From: a virus
Taxonomy: Duplodnaviria > Caudoviricetes
Virus record (IMG/VR): IMGVR_UViG_3300022201_000072
Span: 1-57,371 of that record
DNA length: 57,371 nt
Direction: 5' to 3' (one strand)
The notes under the pieces were generated by a model. It was not told the DNA's origin, made no database searches, and saw only the letters and a program-made list of their open reading frames with translations. Position numbers and translations under genes: made by a program. This document shows positions 33,980-44,226 of this stretch, one piece after another. Every line of letters starts with the position of its first letter. The stretch's first letter is position 1.

Positions 33980-35286
33980 GTAAACAGCACCTCGTTTAGA
34001 GTTCCCAATTCACCGGATGCTACAGTTATATCACCGCTCGGACTAGCAAGAACAAAAGAAAGCAGAGTATCTCCTGTAATTGGATCGATCGTATTAGTGA
34101 TAGCCGCTCGATATTTATCTTCAAGAATGTTAGTCTCAAGTGTCACCTCATCTTCATAAAAAGCACTTAAATTTTCAATTATTGCATTTTGCATAGTTGC
34201 CGTATTCGGTGAAATAGAAGTGAACGTGTAAGTTGTGCTGATCGCAGTAGGCGCTATCACAAAAACGTCATCAGGGTCACTTGTAGCCGGCAATAATACC
34301 GATATGGCGCTTCTAACTTCGGCTACTTCGGCGGTATCCGGGATTATATTATCGTCGTTATCTCTCACAAAGTATGTAGTCACTTGACCTATGCTTGGCG
34401 TTATAGGTTGGACCCATACACGAGTCACGCCTTGAATGGCGAGACAGACTTTTTCTATTGCCGCGATATTAAAATTTGATACTGGATTTGATCGAGCTTG
34501 TAATATCCGCACCAATAGCGCTGCGTTGGTCTCGACATCCTGTCCGCCTGTGGCCCCGTTAAAATCCATATAGCCCTCACTATCTACTCCAGTCACAGGG
34601 CTAGTAAGTGTCAACTTCGCACCACTGTCTAGATTCTGCGCGGAACCGAACCCCGTCGATGTGACGCCGACAGATGTGCATGTGCATGTTGCTGTTATCG
34701 TTCCGGTTGCAGGTGTTGTGGGGGATGTTGTTATCGTATAAATAAATGTTGTTAGGCTTAAAACCGTTATTGTAAAAGTGCCGTTATAGTCCGTCTCGTT
34801 AGCCCCGGCTATTACAACGGCTATATTCGATGCAAATCCGTGATTCGCTGTTGTAGTGGCTGTTACAGTAAAGCCGGATCTAGTTAACGACGATACACTA
34901 ACTACAGACGTTCCGATAGTAGCGTCTATGTCAGTTGTAAACAGATTACCATCGTCAGTTTTCAACTCAGTATCAGACGGTATTAAAGTTGATAATGTTC
35001 CAGTGATTACGAGATTACCAGTCGATTGAGTCAATTGAAATCTTGTTAGATTCTCATATTCCGCCCATCTGTCGAGTGAATCATTCGTTTTAGCCGATTG
35101 AGGGAACAGTTCATCATTTAACTGGCTGATAGAAAGAGTATTATCATAATGCCTGCCTGATATTGAATCAGACAACGCGCCGATAAAAGAGGTAAAAATT
35201 GTAGGATCAAGGTTAGGTAGTCTTTTAGAAATATCAGACCGACTCCTATTTACTATGTCTAAATATGTTGGTAGATTAAGTGACAC
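33976..35286 (-). CDS. Baseplate J-like protein (Mu gp47) with an inserted beta domain
   Basis: FPQSA..LDRWA, GGQDVET..L..RIL, GVTRVWV. Confidence 0.9.
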   Translation of the reverse strand: MSLNLPTYLDIVNRSRSDISKRLPNLDPTIFTSFIGALSDSISGRHYDNTLSISQLNDELFPQSAKTNDSLDRWAEYENLTRFQLTQSTGNLVITGTLSTLIPSDTELKTDDGNLFTTDIDATIGTSVVSVSSLTRSGFTVTATTTANHGFASNIAVVIAGANETDYNGTFTITVLSLTTFIYTITTSPTTPATGTITATCTCTSVGVTSTGFGSAQNLDSGAKLTLTSPVTGVDSEGYMDFNGATGGQDVETNAALLVRILQARSNPVSNFNIAAIEKVCLAIQGVTRVWVQPITPSIGQVTTYFVRDNDDNIIPDTAEVAEVRSAISVLLPATSDPDDVFVIAPTAISTTYTFTSISPNTATMQNAIIENLSAFYEDEVTLETNILEDKYRAAITNTIDPITGDTLLSFVLASPSGDITVASGELGTLNEVLFT

Positions 35287-35725
35287 CTGTGACCTCCCAT
35301 AAATTAACGTAATGATTTGTGGTATTGCCAGAATCAGACGTTATAGCGATCTCTAACCGGATACCCGCTGACGGTATTATCGAACCTGTAACGGCTATCG
35401 CTTTAGCAACACCGTCTTCCAAAAACCAATTATTGGCTAATTGAGCAAAATTTATAGAGTCGTTCAATGTTTCAGTGTTAAGAACTCTTTGATCGACTAG
35501 CCAAAGCAAACTGCCAAACGTCCTGCCATCTACTTTACTGGCCACGTCTCCCATCCAGCCCCTACGATTCTCAGGGACCAATACTCTGTCATCTGTGGCC
35601 CTCGCGTCCAATAACAGTGATAGTAAAATAGAAGTCTCAAAGCCTTGATCTAAAATAAAATCGCCATTTTCAAAACCGATTGTGTATTCGCCTGTTACAG
35701 TTGTTATTAATTTAATATCGGCCAT
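35276..35725 (-). CDS. Mu gp46-like baseplate protein
   Basis: SLLLDARA, RRGWMGD, GSLLWL. Confidence 0.88.
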   Translation of the reverse strand: MADIKLITTVTGEYTIGFENGDFILDQGFETSILLSLLLDARATDDRVLVPENRRGWMGDVASKVDGRTFGSLLWLVDQRVLNTETLNDSINFAQLANNWFLEDGVAKAIAVTGSIIPSAGIRLEIAITSDSGNTTNHYVNLWEVTGVT

Positions 35726-35727
35726 AA

Positions 35728-36303
35728 TTACGTTGGTGGAAGAGTAGGAGACTCAGTGTCCCCGCCGCTATCATTAGGCTGCGTGTGTGTGTGAGTTAAA
35801 AAACTTTTAGTACCGATAATTGCGTCCGTTTCAATAGTCGCTGTACCTGTCATATCAAGATCGCCTGTTATGTCGACGTCGCCGGTTACGGTTAGATTCC
35901 CCTCCATCGTAAGGTTGCCTGTTATGGACACGTCGCCTGTTATGTTTACGTTTCCGGCGTGATTAGTGTTCGGCGCTTCGATATCAATGTCCCCATTTTC
36001 TTTCAAATAAATGAATGTTCCGGTTAGCGTGTTTTCAAGACCGCATTCACCTCCTTTTGTTCCTTTTTTCCTATTTTTAAAATCATTTATAATACCGAAT
36101 TTTATCGATTCTTGCCCCTGTGAGCTTAAAAGAAGAACGTGAGAATTCTCAGGGGGGTTTGAAAATACTCCGTAAGTGGACAATCTAACAAACCGCGTGG
36201 CCTTTTCGTTTACCGTAGCTTGACCGACCGGAAAAACTGAGGTGTCTGGGTCGACTAAACTATAATACCCCTGCTTTATCATTGATAGTATTTTACCGAT
36301 CAT
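35728..36303 (-). CDS. Baseplate spike (Mu gp45/gpV-like)
   Basis: YGVFSNPP, beta-helix GxVxITG repeats, C-terminal HTH iron-binding motif. Confidence 0.88.
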   Translation of the reverse strand: MIGKILSMIKQGYYSLVDPDTSVFPVGQATVNEKATRFVRLSTYGVFSNPPENSHVLLLSSQGQESIKFGIINDFKNRKKGTKGGECGLENTLTGTFIYLKENGDIDIEAPNTNHAGNVNITGDVSITGNLTMEGNLTVTGDVDITGDLDMTGTATIETDAIIGTKSFLTHTHTQPNDSGGDTESPTLPPT

Positions 36304-37367
36304 GTTGTAGCCTCCAGGATTATTTTGTCCAAATCAGCTTGTAAAGTATATGCATTTTTATTGGTAAAGCTTAATTCAGTAGTTGACCCTGTTTCAAGAT
36401 TGAAATTGTATAAAATCTTATTACATAGCAGTTGATCGTATATATTGCACATCTCATCATCTATTTGATACAGCTTGTTTACCTCCCACACTGCATCATT
36501 GTACGTGTGGCCCTGCACGACGGCCTTATAAACAAGTCCAAACCTAGCCCGTCTTATGCCAAGTTCCCATTTAGCCCTGTCCGTTAAAGAAAAAGAATCG
36601 GTAGTCTCTTCACTGTAAAATTCATACCTTCTAGTTTCTCTTATCTCGTCGTCCGTTGCTGTACCGAATTGCCCTGACAACTCTGCAACGGTTGTTTCAT
36701 CTGTTAAATCAATAGGGTTCAATTGCCCTTGTGCAATATAAGCGTTGAAAAGTTTTGAAATATCGATTTCTCTCGATGCCGATAGGATATTATTGTCTGG
36801 TTCCCCGAATATGTTTTTCAAAGCATTATCAGATAGATCCGTCGAAGCTCGTATGATGTTTAAATCGCCTGAGCTATCCTCGTTTAATAGCACTTGCCTT
36901 TTTCTAGCGAATGATTCTAAAAACGCAAAAGCTGTTTGTCCGACTTCTGCGCTTGCAATATCTTCCAATACGGCTATATCGCCGGCTAGATTTTTAACAC
37001 GGGCATCCACCCCTAACTCATCTATAACGTTTCCACATAAATCCTGTAAACTTATCCTGTCAAACTCTTTTATAGCGCCTACTGTACTGTCAACAAGATC
37101 CGATAGCTTACTGCGGCCTTTTACTGCTATTGTGTGATCCGTACTATTATATCTAACCGCGTAGCTATCGACGTACCCGGTAAGCAATTTGAAACTAGAG
37201 TCCGCCGATACTTCAATCGAATCCCCCTCTCGTATCGGTAAAAAATCATCATTACTGGCAGTAGCTACAAACGAAAATGCACTGGTAAGCGTCTCCATAT
37301 TTTTAGAAACAGCAGCGGACACAAAATCAACGTAATCAGTTCCGTTTAATTTTATCGATAGTGTCAT
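36300..37367 (-). CDS. Baseplate hub (Mu gp44/gpP-like)
   Basis: LLTGYVD, GRS..DLVD, GQTAFAFLE; gene order. Confidence 0.88.
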   Translation of the reverse strand: MTLSIKLNGTDYVDFVSAAVSKNMETLTSAFSFVATASNDDFLPIREGDSIEVSADSSFKLLTGYVDSYAVRYNSTDHTIAVKGRSKLSDLVDSTVGAIKEFDRISLQDLCGNVIDELGVDARVKNLAGDIAVLEDIASAEVGQTAFAFLESFARKRQVLLNEDSSGDLNIIRASTDLSDNALKNIFGEPDNNILSASREIDISKLFNAYIAQGQLNPIDLTDETTVAELSGQFGTATDDEIRETRRYEFYSEETTDSFSLTDRAKWELGIRRARFGLVYKAVVQGHTYNDAVWEVNKLYQIDDEMCNIYDQLLCNKILYNFNLETGSTTELSFTNKNAYTLQADLDKIILEATT

Positions 37368-38593
37368 CTTGTAACCGCGTCTATTGATCGATTAAAATTC
37401 GCTACATTAACAGTAGGGTTTAATGATGCAAGAGTAGTCACGTTGTCAAGATTCCCATAATATCGATAAGCTGTAAGAGCCATGGAAGACCGATTAAAAT
37501 CTAAAGCAGTAACTCTCCATGTATTCGCTAACTGATCGTCTAAAGATATTCTTGTATTGACTCTAAGCTGATCAACTGCAGATCTAAGAGTTTGATCAGA
37601 AACTAATGAAGCTATACCGTCAATTGATACATTTTCTTGAAAATATCTTGTATAAGCGTCTTCAGCAGTTTCTAAAGAGGTTGATAAATCCTCGCTTGTT
37701 CCGAAATCGGTGTTGGCGAATGACTCAAAAAGTCCAATCGTTGCGGTGACTCTTGTATGCTCGTCGATTATAGATTTATTGCTTTCATTTCTTTCACGTT
37801 GAACCGTGTTTGTTTTCCCAAGACTGCTAGAGTTCCCGGACGGCCCTAAATTAAAATTTAACAGGCTGTCCCAAGCGATACTTAAAGCGTCTACTGTGGC
37901 CGGTATTGATAGAGCCGCTAAATACATGTCTTGAACCGACTGTTGGACCCCCGCAGCCGTCTGCGCTATTCTGTTAACTCTATTTCTTATTCTTGTTATC
38001 GTTCCATTGAATGTAGCAATACCAGCTTCTAACGGATCGATAACGGCGTCCATCGCGTCTTGAACAGAGTCAACCGCGCCAAGGATAGAATCGGCAGCAG
38101 AGGCTAGCTCTATACCATTAGTAGGCTCGACATACCCAGCACCTAAAGCGTTATTGGCGGCTAATCGTCCCGCGTCAGCCGAACTTGACGCCGTTTGTTT
38201 TGTTGCCGGTTCCGCATTGGGTAGCACCTCTACGTCAGATATCGCAAATTTCATATTGAACGTAAATTCACCGGCCCTATTCTGATTGAACGTAACCGTA
38301 TACGGTAATGAGCGAACTTGTACAGCCCCATAGATTGGATGGATTAATTCACCAACGCCGGGTAAATCTAACACTCTTTCAAGATTGGCCCTTTGTTGAA
38401 AATAATCATCCCCGTGAACAATTCCAGACAAGCTAAATATAGGCGGGAAGACCCCTAAAGGCTCCACAAATCGCCTGTTGCTATTAGGGTATTCATGAAT
38501 GACTGATTTTTGCCCTCTGTCGGTGCTAAGACTCGGTACTAAAAAACCAACATCTCTGAATGACGCTGCGTATAGACTGTCCGTTCTACTCAT
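37364..38593 (-). CDS. Mu gpN-like DNA circularisation/tail-tube initiator protein
   Basis: ASFRDVGF, HEYP, GELIHPIYG. Confidence 0.88.
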   Translation of the reverse strand: MSRTDSLYAASFRDVGFLVPSLSTDRGQKSVIHEYPNSNRRFVEPLGVFPPIFSLSGIVHGDDYFQQRANLERVLDLPGVGELIHPIYGAVQVRSLPYTVTFNQNRAGEFTFNMKFAISDVEVLPNAEPATKQTASSSADAGRLAANNALGAGYVEPTNGIELASAADSILGAVDSVQDAMDAVIDPLEAGIATFNGTITRIRNRVNRIAQTAAGVQQSVQDMYLAALSIPATVDALSIAWDSLLNFNLGPSGNSSSLGKTNTVQRERNESNKSIIDEHTRVTATIGLFESFANTDFGTSEDLSTSLETAEDAYTRYFQENVSIDGIASLVSDQTLRSAVDQLRVNTRISLDDQLANTWRVTALDFNRSSMALTAYRYYGNLDNVTTLASLNPTVNVANFNRSIDAVTR

Positions 38594-38594
38594 A

Positions 38595-40319
38595 TTAAAA
38601 TCCCATTATCCCCATATTTACACCCAAATTTCCAGGTAAGGAGCTATCAATAGTGGCGCTATTAACTCTTGAACCTCTTTCCGCTGCAACTTCGATCCTT
38701 CCACTAAGGACGCCTTTCATCATTTTATCAGGAGAGACGTAGCCCTCCAAGGCTTGATCTCCGATTTTTTTCCATCTTTCATATTCTCTCATCTTAAATT
38801 CGAACGGCATTTTAACGACTTCTACTATCTTTTTTATCGCCGCAATTTTAAGAGTGAATTCATCTATTTTTCGCGTTATCATGTTTATTACGTGCGTAGA
38901 GATAAAGCCGATTGCTTCTATAATCGATTTAACACCTCCAAACTCTTTTAATAGTCCTGATACAGACGTGTTAAGCGGTTTTATGGATTCCCCTAATCTC
39001 TTGAAAGCATTTTGTAGTTTTTGACTTTTCGTTGCTGCATACGCTACACCTAATCCCAATGTAGAAATCGCCATTATAGCCAAAGCTGCAGGAGATAGCA
39101 TAAACCCTATAGATGTAGTGATAACGCCGATCACTATTGATATGGCGGTCATAACGGAAAATAATGCGGTGAACCCTATAGTTATTTTAGTGATCATGGG
39201 ATTTGCTTTTAAGAATTCTGTAAACTTTGTGACAAATTTTACAATAATAGGAGTCATCTGCTTTATGGCGGGTAAAAAAGCATCACCAATAGCGATAAAC
39301 GCAAAATCGGAAACTGCTTTTATTCTGCCCAAAGCCGTTGCGGTTCCTTTCAATTTAATTTCTAACTCTCTTATCATCGATCCAGCAAAACCGCTTCCCG
39401 TCCCCACAAGTTTTAACGTTTTTCTAAGCAGATCTAAACGACCAACAGCTTTTAAAGCAAACCTTCCGGCCTCATCTCCAAACTTCTTGTATAGCGCTAT
39501 TGCTCGCCGTTCTGGTTTCATCCTGGCGAACTTCCCAAGATAGTCTTCAATAGTTTTGCTTGGGTCTTTTAGCATCTTCCGCATCATCCCCGGCATTTTT
39601 GACATTTTTCGAATCATCATGTTTAGTCCACTTGCCGCTAATTCAGGCGTAACCTCTATTTGATCAGCAAACGCCGCCCATCCAGCTACCAATTGAGTTG
39701 GCATTTTTATGTCTTTTAACGTACCGGACGTTCTTTTTATTATTTCTATTACTCTTGACCCGCTGGCGGATGTATTGTCGGCCAGGAAGTTAACAGCGTC
39801 CAACAATTTAGTCGTACCCGTCATAGTCAAGCCAAGCATGGTTTTTATTTTTCCAATTGTTTCCGCTGCTGCGCCCTCCATCATGTCAAAAGCGACAGAA
39901 GTTCTTCCCACAATTTGCACAAACTTATTCATATTTTTTGGTAATGTGCCAAGTTTCCCTCCTTGCACTACGATCTGAGCTATATCTTTTGGCAGCTTTC
40001 CTAAAGCAATTGCGGTTTTAAATACGCTGGACCGCATCTTATCAAATTGTTCCGGCGTCTTAAATTTAACGACTTTTTGCACATCAAGCATAACCGATTC
40101 AAAATCGATAGCTTTTTTGATCGGAAAAGCAATAGCCGCTATACCCCCAGCAGCGCCAAGAGTACCGCTAAGGCTAGTCAAACTGCTACCCATCTTATTC
40201 AAACTCTTACTGGCCTTATTCGCGTTGTCTTTGATTTTACAAGTGGCCCTTGCTATTTTAGACGCTTTAGCCGTGTACCTATCAATGATGCTGTATACAT
40301 ATGAAATATCAAAAGCCAT
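38595..40319 (-). CDS. Tape measure protein (574 aa)
   Basis: AIDFESVMLDVQKV, helical K/A-rich body, hydrophobic C-terminal segments. Confidence 0.88.
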   Translation of the reverse strand: MAFDISYVYSIIDRYTAKASKIARATCKIKDNANKASKSLNKMGSSLTSLSGTLGAAGGIAAIAFPIKKAIDFESVMLDVQKVVKFKTPEQFDKMRSSVFKTAIALGKLPKDIAQIVVQGGKLGTLPKNMNKFVQIVGRTSVAFDMMEGAAAETIGKIKTMLGLTMTGTTKLLDAVNFLADNTSASGSRVIEIIKRTSGTLKDIKMPTQLVAGWAAFADQIEVTPELAASGLNMMIRKMSKMPGMMRKMLKDPSKTIEDYLGKFARMKPERRAIALYKKFGDEAGRFALKAVGRLDLLRKTLKLVGTGSGFAGSMIRELEIKLKGTATALGRIKAVSDFAFIAIGDAFLPAIKQMTPIIVKFVTKFTEFLKANPMITKITIGFTALFSVMTAISIVIGVITTSIGFMLSPAALAIMAISTLGLGVAYAATKSQKLQNAFKRLGESIKPLNTSVSGLLKEFGGVKSIIEAIGFISTHVINMITRKIDEFTLKIAAIKKIVEVVKMPFEFKMREYERWKKIGDQALEGYVSPDKMMKGVLSGRIEVAAERGSRVNSATIDSSLPGNLGVNMGIMGF

Positions 40320-40506
40320 TATCCCTTTCCGCTTGCATATTTATTTTAACCGCTTGTTGTTTAAGCTTGATTAACGCTTTAAGAGACATTTTTTCAGCGT
40401 ATTCAAAACTTAATCCGCCCTCATAAAATTTAACCAGATCGCAAATGACTCCTAGCCATTCATTTTCGGCTACTCCCCGTTGAACAAGGAGGGAAACGAA
40501 AAATTT
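40309..40506 (-). CDS. Tail assembly chaperone -1 frameshift extension (G-T type)
   Basis: -1 frame overlapping the chaperone end; candidate slippery site A-AAT-TTT at 40506-40500. Confidence 0.6.
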   Translation of the reverse strand, partial: KFFVSLLVQRGVAENEWLGVICDLVKFYEGGLSFEYAEKMSLKALIKLKQQAVKINMQAERDNGF

Positions 40507-40910
40507 GAAGCGTACCCGCAAAGCATATCAATAAACTCGTTCATGTCCATTCTATTCATTAAATCGGCCTTAATAAACGTTTTTGAATCGAGTTTTGCTG
40601 TTTTTTCCGCCAGCTTCTTAAATGCACTTGCTATATCGATGACTTTTATTTTCTGAGACGCAAAAATAATTGTACGTATCTCAGATAGTGAAGGTGCGCT
40701 GTCGGGGCCTCCCTCTTTATCAATATCTAAATCCTTTGAAAATTCAGCAAGACCCATCATAGCTCCCATTAGAAGTTGTTCAAACTCCGTAGACTCTTTT
40801 AAAACACTCATCGTTGGTGGAGAAAATACAATCGTAGAGGTTTGTTCGAATTTACCGTCAACGCTATACTCTAATGGTGTTTTCAATTGAAATAGGTAAT
40901 TCTCATCCAT
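40470..40910 (-). CDS. Tail assembly chaperone
   Basis: Position between tube and TMP; FQLKTPL motif. Confidence 0.75.
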   Translation of the reverse strand: MDENYLFQLKTPLEYSVDGKFEQTSTIVFSPPTMSVLKESTEFEQLLMGAMMGLAEFSKDLDIDKEGGPDSAPSLSEIRTIIFASQKIKVIDIASAFKKLAEKTAKLDSKTFIKADLMNRMDMNEFIDMLCGYASNFSFPSLFNGE

Positions 40911-40934
40911 GTAATCCTTTTTTTTTTATTTTAG

Positions 40935-41318
40935 TTATAGAATCGGTGACCCTTCCCATGCTATTTCGAACTCCCCGTCCGCCCCAATCATCACTTCAGG
41001 CTCTTCAGTGATAACCATGTCTTGAAAGGGTAAAACAATTTCACCTTCATAAGCTCTAATAGTATTTGAAAAATTCGATAGCCAATCATCAAGACCCTGT
41101 AAATTAACAGCCGTATTAAATAGTTTAAATTTTGCCATTGATTTTTTTGTCTCAGCGTCTTCAGTTATAACGACGTCTATTGCATCGCCGCCAGCGCTCT
41201 GAGTTTTAACGGTTTTGTTCCCTTTCCCTTTTTTATAAGAAAAGGAGTTTGGGACTATCGACCACACTTCATCGTTGATTTCAACAGTCGGGTTACTTAA
41301 CGTTCTTGATGCTGCCAT
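40935..41318 (-). CDS. Tail tube protein
   Basis: 127 aa immediately after the sheath. Confidence 0.8.
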   Translation of the reverse strand: MAASRTLSNPTVEINDEVWSIVPNSFSYKKGKGNKTVKTQSAGGDAIDVVITEDAETKKSMAKFKLFNTAVNLQGLDDWLSNFSNTIRAYEGEIVLPFQDMVITEEPEVMIGADGEFEIAWEGSPIL

Positions 41319-41323
41319 ATTTC

Positions 41324-42859
41324 TTAATCTCCGAAATTAATTTGAATCGTTCCAATAATGACCCTTAACTGGGATACTAACAGCGGCGCTTGATTGATAG
41401 TGACTGATCCGGCGGCGACATTTACGGCTACAGAGAGATTTAAATTATAATCCTTCTTAGCTGCTGTGCTCCGCTGCACTAATGTTTGAATTGCCAGCTC
41501 ATCATACAGCTGATTGCAGAAAGCTCTAATACTCGCTTCATTGGCGATATCTCTGCCGGCTACCGTGTCGCCAGCGGTCAATCTCGACTGAGCGTATCTT
41601 GACTTTAAATTATTGAAAAAGAATTCACGAATAACCGAAGCGGTGTCAACTGTATTCAGATACTTATAGCTTGTGTCTGGATTACCGGCTACGTCGGTCA
41701 AATATGTTGTCACAAACTCGCCGAAAATCGTCCCGTTATAAGCTCTATTCGGCCCGAATGTAGCAACGCCGTTATTGTTTAACTCATTAATATCGACTTG
41801 ACTAAACTCGTCTGATGCGGACGCTACAGGCAAATTAGGGAGCGACGTATTAAAATACGGAAGGCTCGACAATTCAGGGCCGCCAAACTGATCGCCCGGC
41901 GCAACAGTCGTCAAGTACTGTGTTAGCACGGCGTCCTGTTGTCGTCTTAACGCTCTAATAGCGCACATCTGAGCACAAGCTACATCCGGCATCTCAAGCG
42001 TAGACGGACCTTTATTAAACGTACCATCAACGATTTTTGTGTCGGGTACAACTATAGACTGTGAGTTAAACGTCGATACGTACGATTTTACATTGGCCAG
42101 TGTATCAGATTTAACTTGAAGTGCAACACCGTCCATCACTGCGTTAGCGACGTTAAATCTTGCGTCTAACAAGGTCTGAATTTCGCTAATATCATAAGCA
42201 GAAGGCCAAAGAATCGTTTGATATCTAATGTTATCGATTACATCCAATACGCCGGTTAGCGTAGGGTCGGTAGCTCCGCCGGTCCAGCCTGTCGGGGTCA
42301 CTGTTACGGCTGGGATTGTACCCTCGAATTTTATACCCCAGTCATTCGACAGTGTTCCTCCATTCTCAGCCGTAGCCGTTACAACACCGACAGCGTTTGC
42401 AAGAGTGAATGGAGCGTCCGTAAACGCCGCAAACGCGGTCACTACAGCGTCGCCAATCTCCGTTACTGTATCAAGCGCCGTGACCGTTATTTCTGCCCTG
42501 TAATCTTCCGCCGACCCAATAGTCACGTAAACCGTAGCGTCGGCTGACGCCGGACCCACTGTAAACGCTAATACGGCTGTACCTTTTACCGCTGAGCCGG
42601 CATCATCTAAGGGGATAACGTCAAGATCAGTAACTTGATTCTCCGTCTTAAATTTCCTGATCAGTCCTGCCATGTGGCTTCTCTTACCAAATAACGTATT
42701 TTCTGATCCGTCATTAGGGAAATCGGAAATCAATTCCCCAGATGTCGCTGTCCCAGCAGCGAGTTTTTGTCCAACAATTAACGCCCTTTGATCCGATACA
42801 CCTGCCAACTGTTGAGCGGGAATAATCGATAGGGTTACACTCGGTTCACTTATCGGCAT
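41324..42859 (-). CDS. Tail sheath protein (Mu gpL-like)
   Basis: ALIVGQKL, LFGKRS, GGATDP, VTTYLTDVAGNPDTSY. Confidence 0.92.
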   Translation of the reverse strand: MPISEPSVTLSIIPAQQLAGVSDQRALIVGQKLAAGTATSGELISDFPNDGSENTLFGKRSHMAGLIRKFKTENQVTDLDVIPLDDAGSAVKGTAVLAFTVGPASADATVYVTIGSAEDYRAEITVTALDTVTEIGDAVVTAFAAFTDAPFTLANAVGVVTATAENGGTLSNDWGIKFEGTIPAVTVTPTGWTGGATDPTLTGVLDVIDNIRYQTILWPSAYDISEIQTLLDARFNVANAVMDGVALQVKSDTLANVKSYVSTFNSQSIVVPDTKIVDGTFNKGPSTLEMPDVACAQMCAIRALRRQQDAVLTQYLTTVAPGDQFGGPELSSLPYFNTSLPNLPVASASDEFSQVDINELNNNGVATFGPNRAYNGTIFGEFVTTYLTDVAGNPDTSYKYLNTVDTASVIREFFFNNLKSRYAQSRLTAGDTVAGRDIANEASIRAFCNQLYDELAIQTLVQRSTAAKKDYNLNLSVAVNVAAGSVTINQAPLLVSQLRVIIGTIQINFGD

Positions 42860-42925
42860 TTTTTTACCTCCTTAGAATCAATTAACGCCCTTACAGATGA
42901 ATTACAAAACATATTAGTCTGTGTA

Positions 42926-43135
42926 CTACTCTTTCTTTTTATCGCTTTTTACCGGCTTTTTAGCGCCGTCCACAAAAGATATACAGTCATCGATTTTGGA
43001 ATCTTTTTTCCTATCCCGCCAATACCGATCAATCGGTATCCCGTTTTTTGTTTTTATATTTACAATATCCCCGACACTCTTACCCGCGACCGGTTTATTG
43101 ATTCTGATCTTCTTCACTTCGTAATCTTCAATCAT
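42926..43135 (-). CDS. Small Mu gp38/DUF2635-like protein
   Basis: YWRDRKKD motif directly upstream of the sheath. Confidence 0.7.
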   Translation of the reverse strand: MIEDYEVKKIRINKPVAGKSVGDIVNIKTKNGIPIDRYWRDRKKDSKIDDCISFVDGAKKPVKSDKKKE

Positions 43136-43146
43136 ATATCCCCTTT

Positions 43147-44226
43147 TTAACTATCTAATTGAATATCTAAAACAGTTAACTCTTCCACGTCTTCATTGTT
43201 TTGGTCTGTCGTCTGAGTGTAACTAATATCTCGAAAAGCTCTTGTATCTTCGTTAATTACGGAGTCGTCAAGAGTCATATCATTAGTTATCTGGAACGTG
43301 TACTGATAAACAAATGTCGCTCTATCATACTCCACAAAATTGTGACTTGTTAAAATAGCAATGAAATCTGAACAACCGCTTAGTCCAGTATCAAACCTAG
43401 CCCCATACAACGATTTCAAAATTGGAGAAAGCAAATCATGCCGGGCGATATCCATTGCTGCAACGGCTGATATTTCTTGACTAACGTTTTTGACAATGAA
43501 AACAGAAAACCCATCAATCAACCTCACCCTAACGTCTTCTCCATTTGCGATAGTCGCTACAGAATCGCTGTAAGCGTTCCTACTCTTTGATACTTCAGCG
43601 TCAGCCATAACAACGAACATCCACAAATCATTAACGTTTTGTTCTGTGTATTCTTGTATGGCGCGTTCTATATTTACTGAACCGGCTATTCTGACGGCTG
43701 TTTTAACTGTTCCTCCGGTGTATACTCCATCGATAAATGAGCCGGCTATCGTAAATATAGGGGGCGCAACGACCGTCACGCTATAGCGACCGTTAACGCC
43801 GTCCACTCTTACCTCTCGGACATATTCATTCCCGTTTAGAGTTGGAATTGTATTTGTTGATCGAACACTAAACGATGTCCTATTCGGCACAGCTACTAGT
43901 GAGAATGACCCGTTCCAATTGGTATCAGTGAACCCGTTAATCTCCACTGTTTCGTATCCTGGATAATTAAGCGTAAGATCGTGAGCGACCGCCGTTCCGA
44001 AAGTGAATATCAATCCGTCTTGAGATACAGAAGTTATATCGTTGTTAAATGCAACATCGCTGATAGTGACAGCTTGTCCGTTTACCAAGCCGTGGCTAAC
44101 AGATGTACTGATTATAGCCGTGTTTCCAGAAGTTGATATATTTGCGATGCTAAGCGTATTGCTGAAATAATCTGTATACTTCGGCAGCACTAATTGTAGT
44201 TGATTAACGACATCCGTCAATTTCAT
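43147..44226 (-). CDS. Tail terminator-like protein with inserted beta domains
   Basis: Gene position; HGL..GQAVTI and HDL..NWNGSF inserts. Confidence 0.65.
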   Translation of the reverse strand: MKLTDVVNQLQLVLPKYTDYFSNTLSIANISTSGNTAIISTSVSHGLVNGQAVTISDVAFNNDITSVSQDGLIFTFGTAVAHDLTLNYPGYETVEINGFTDTNWNGSFSLVAVPNRTSFSVRSTNTIPTLNGNEYVREVRVDGVNGRYSVTVVAPPIFTIAGSFIDGVYTGGTVKTAVRIAGSVNIERAIQEYTEQNVNDLWMFVVMADAEVSKSRNAYSDSVATIANGEDVRVRLIDGFSVFIVKNVSQEISAVAAMDIARHDLLSPILKSLYGARFDTGLSGCSDFIAILTSHNFVEYDRATFVYQYTFQITNDMTLDDSVINEDTRAFRDISYTQTTDQNNEDVEELTVLDIQLDS

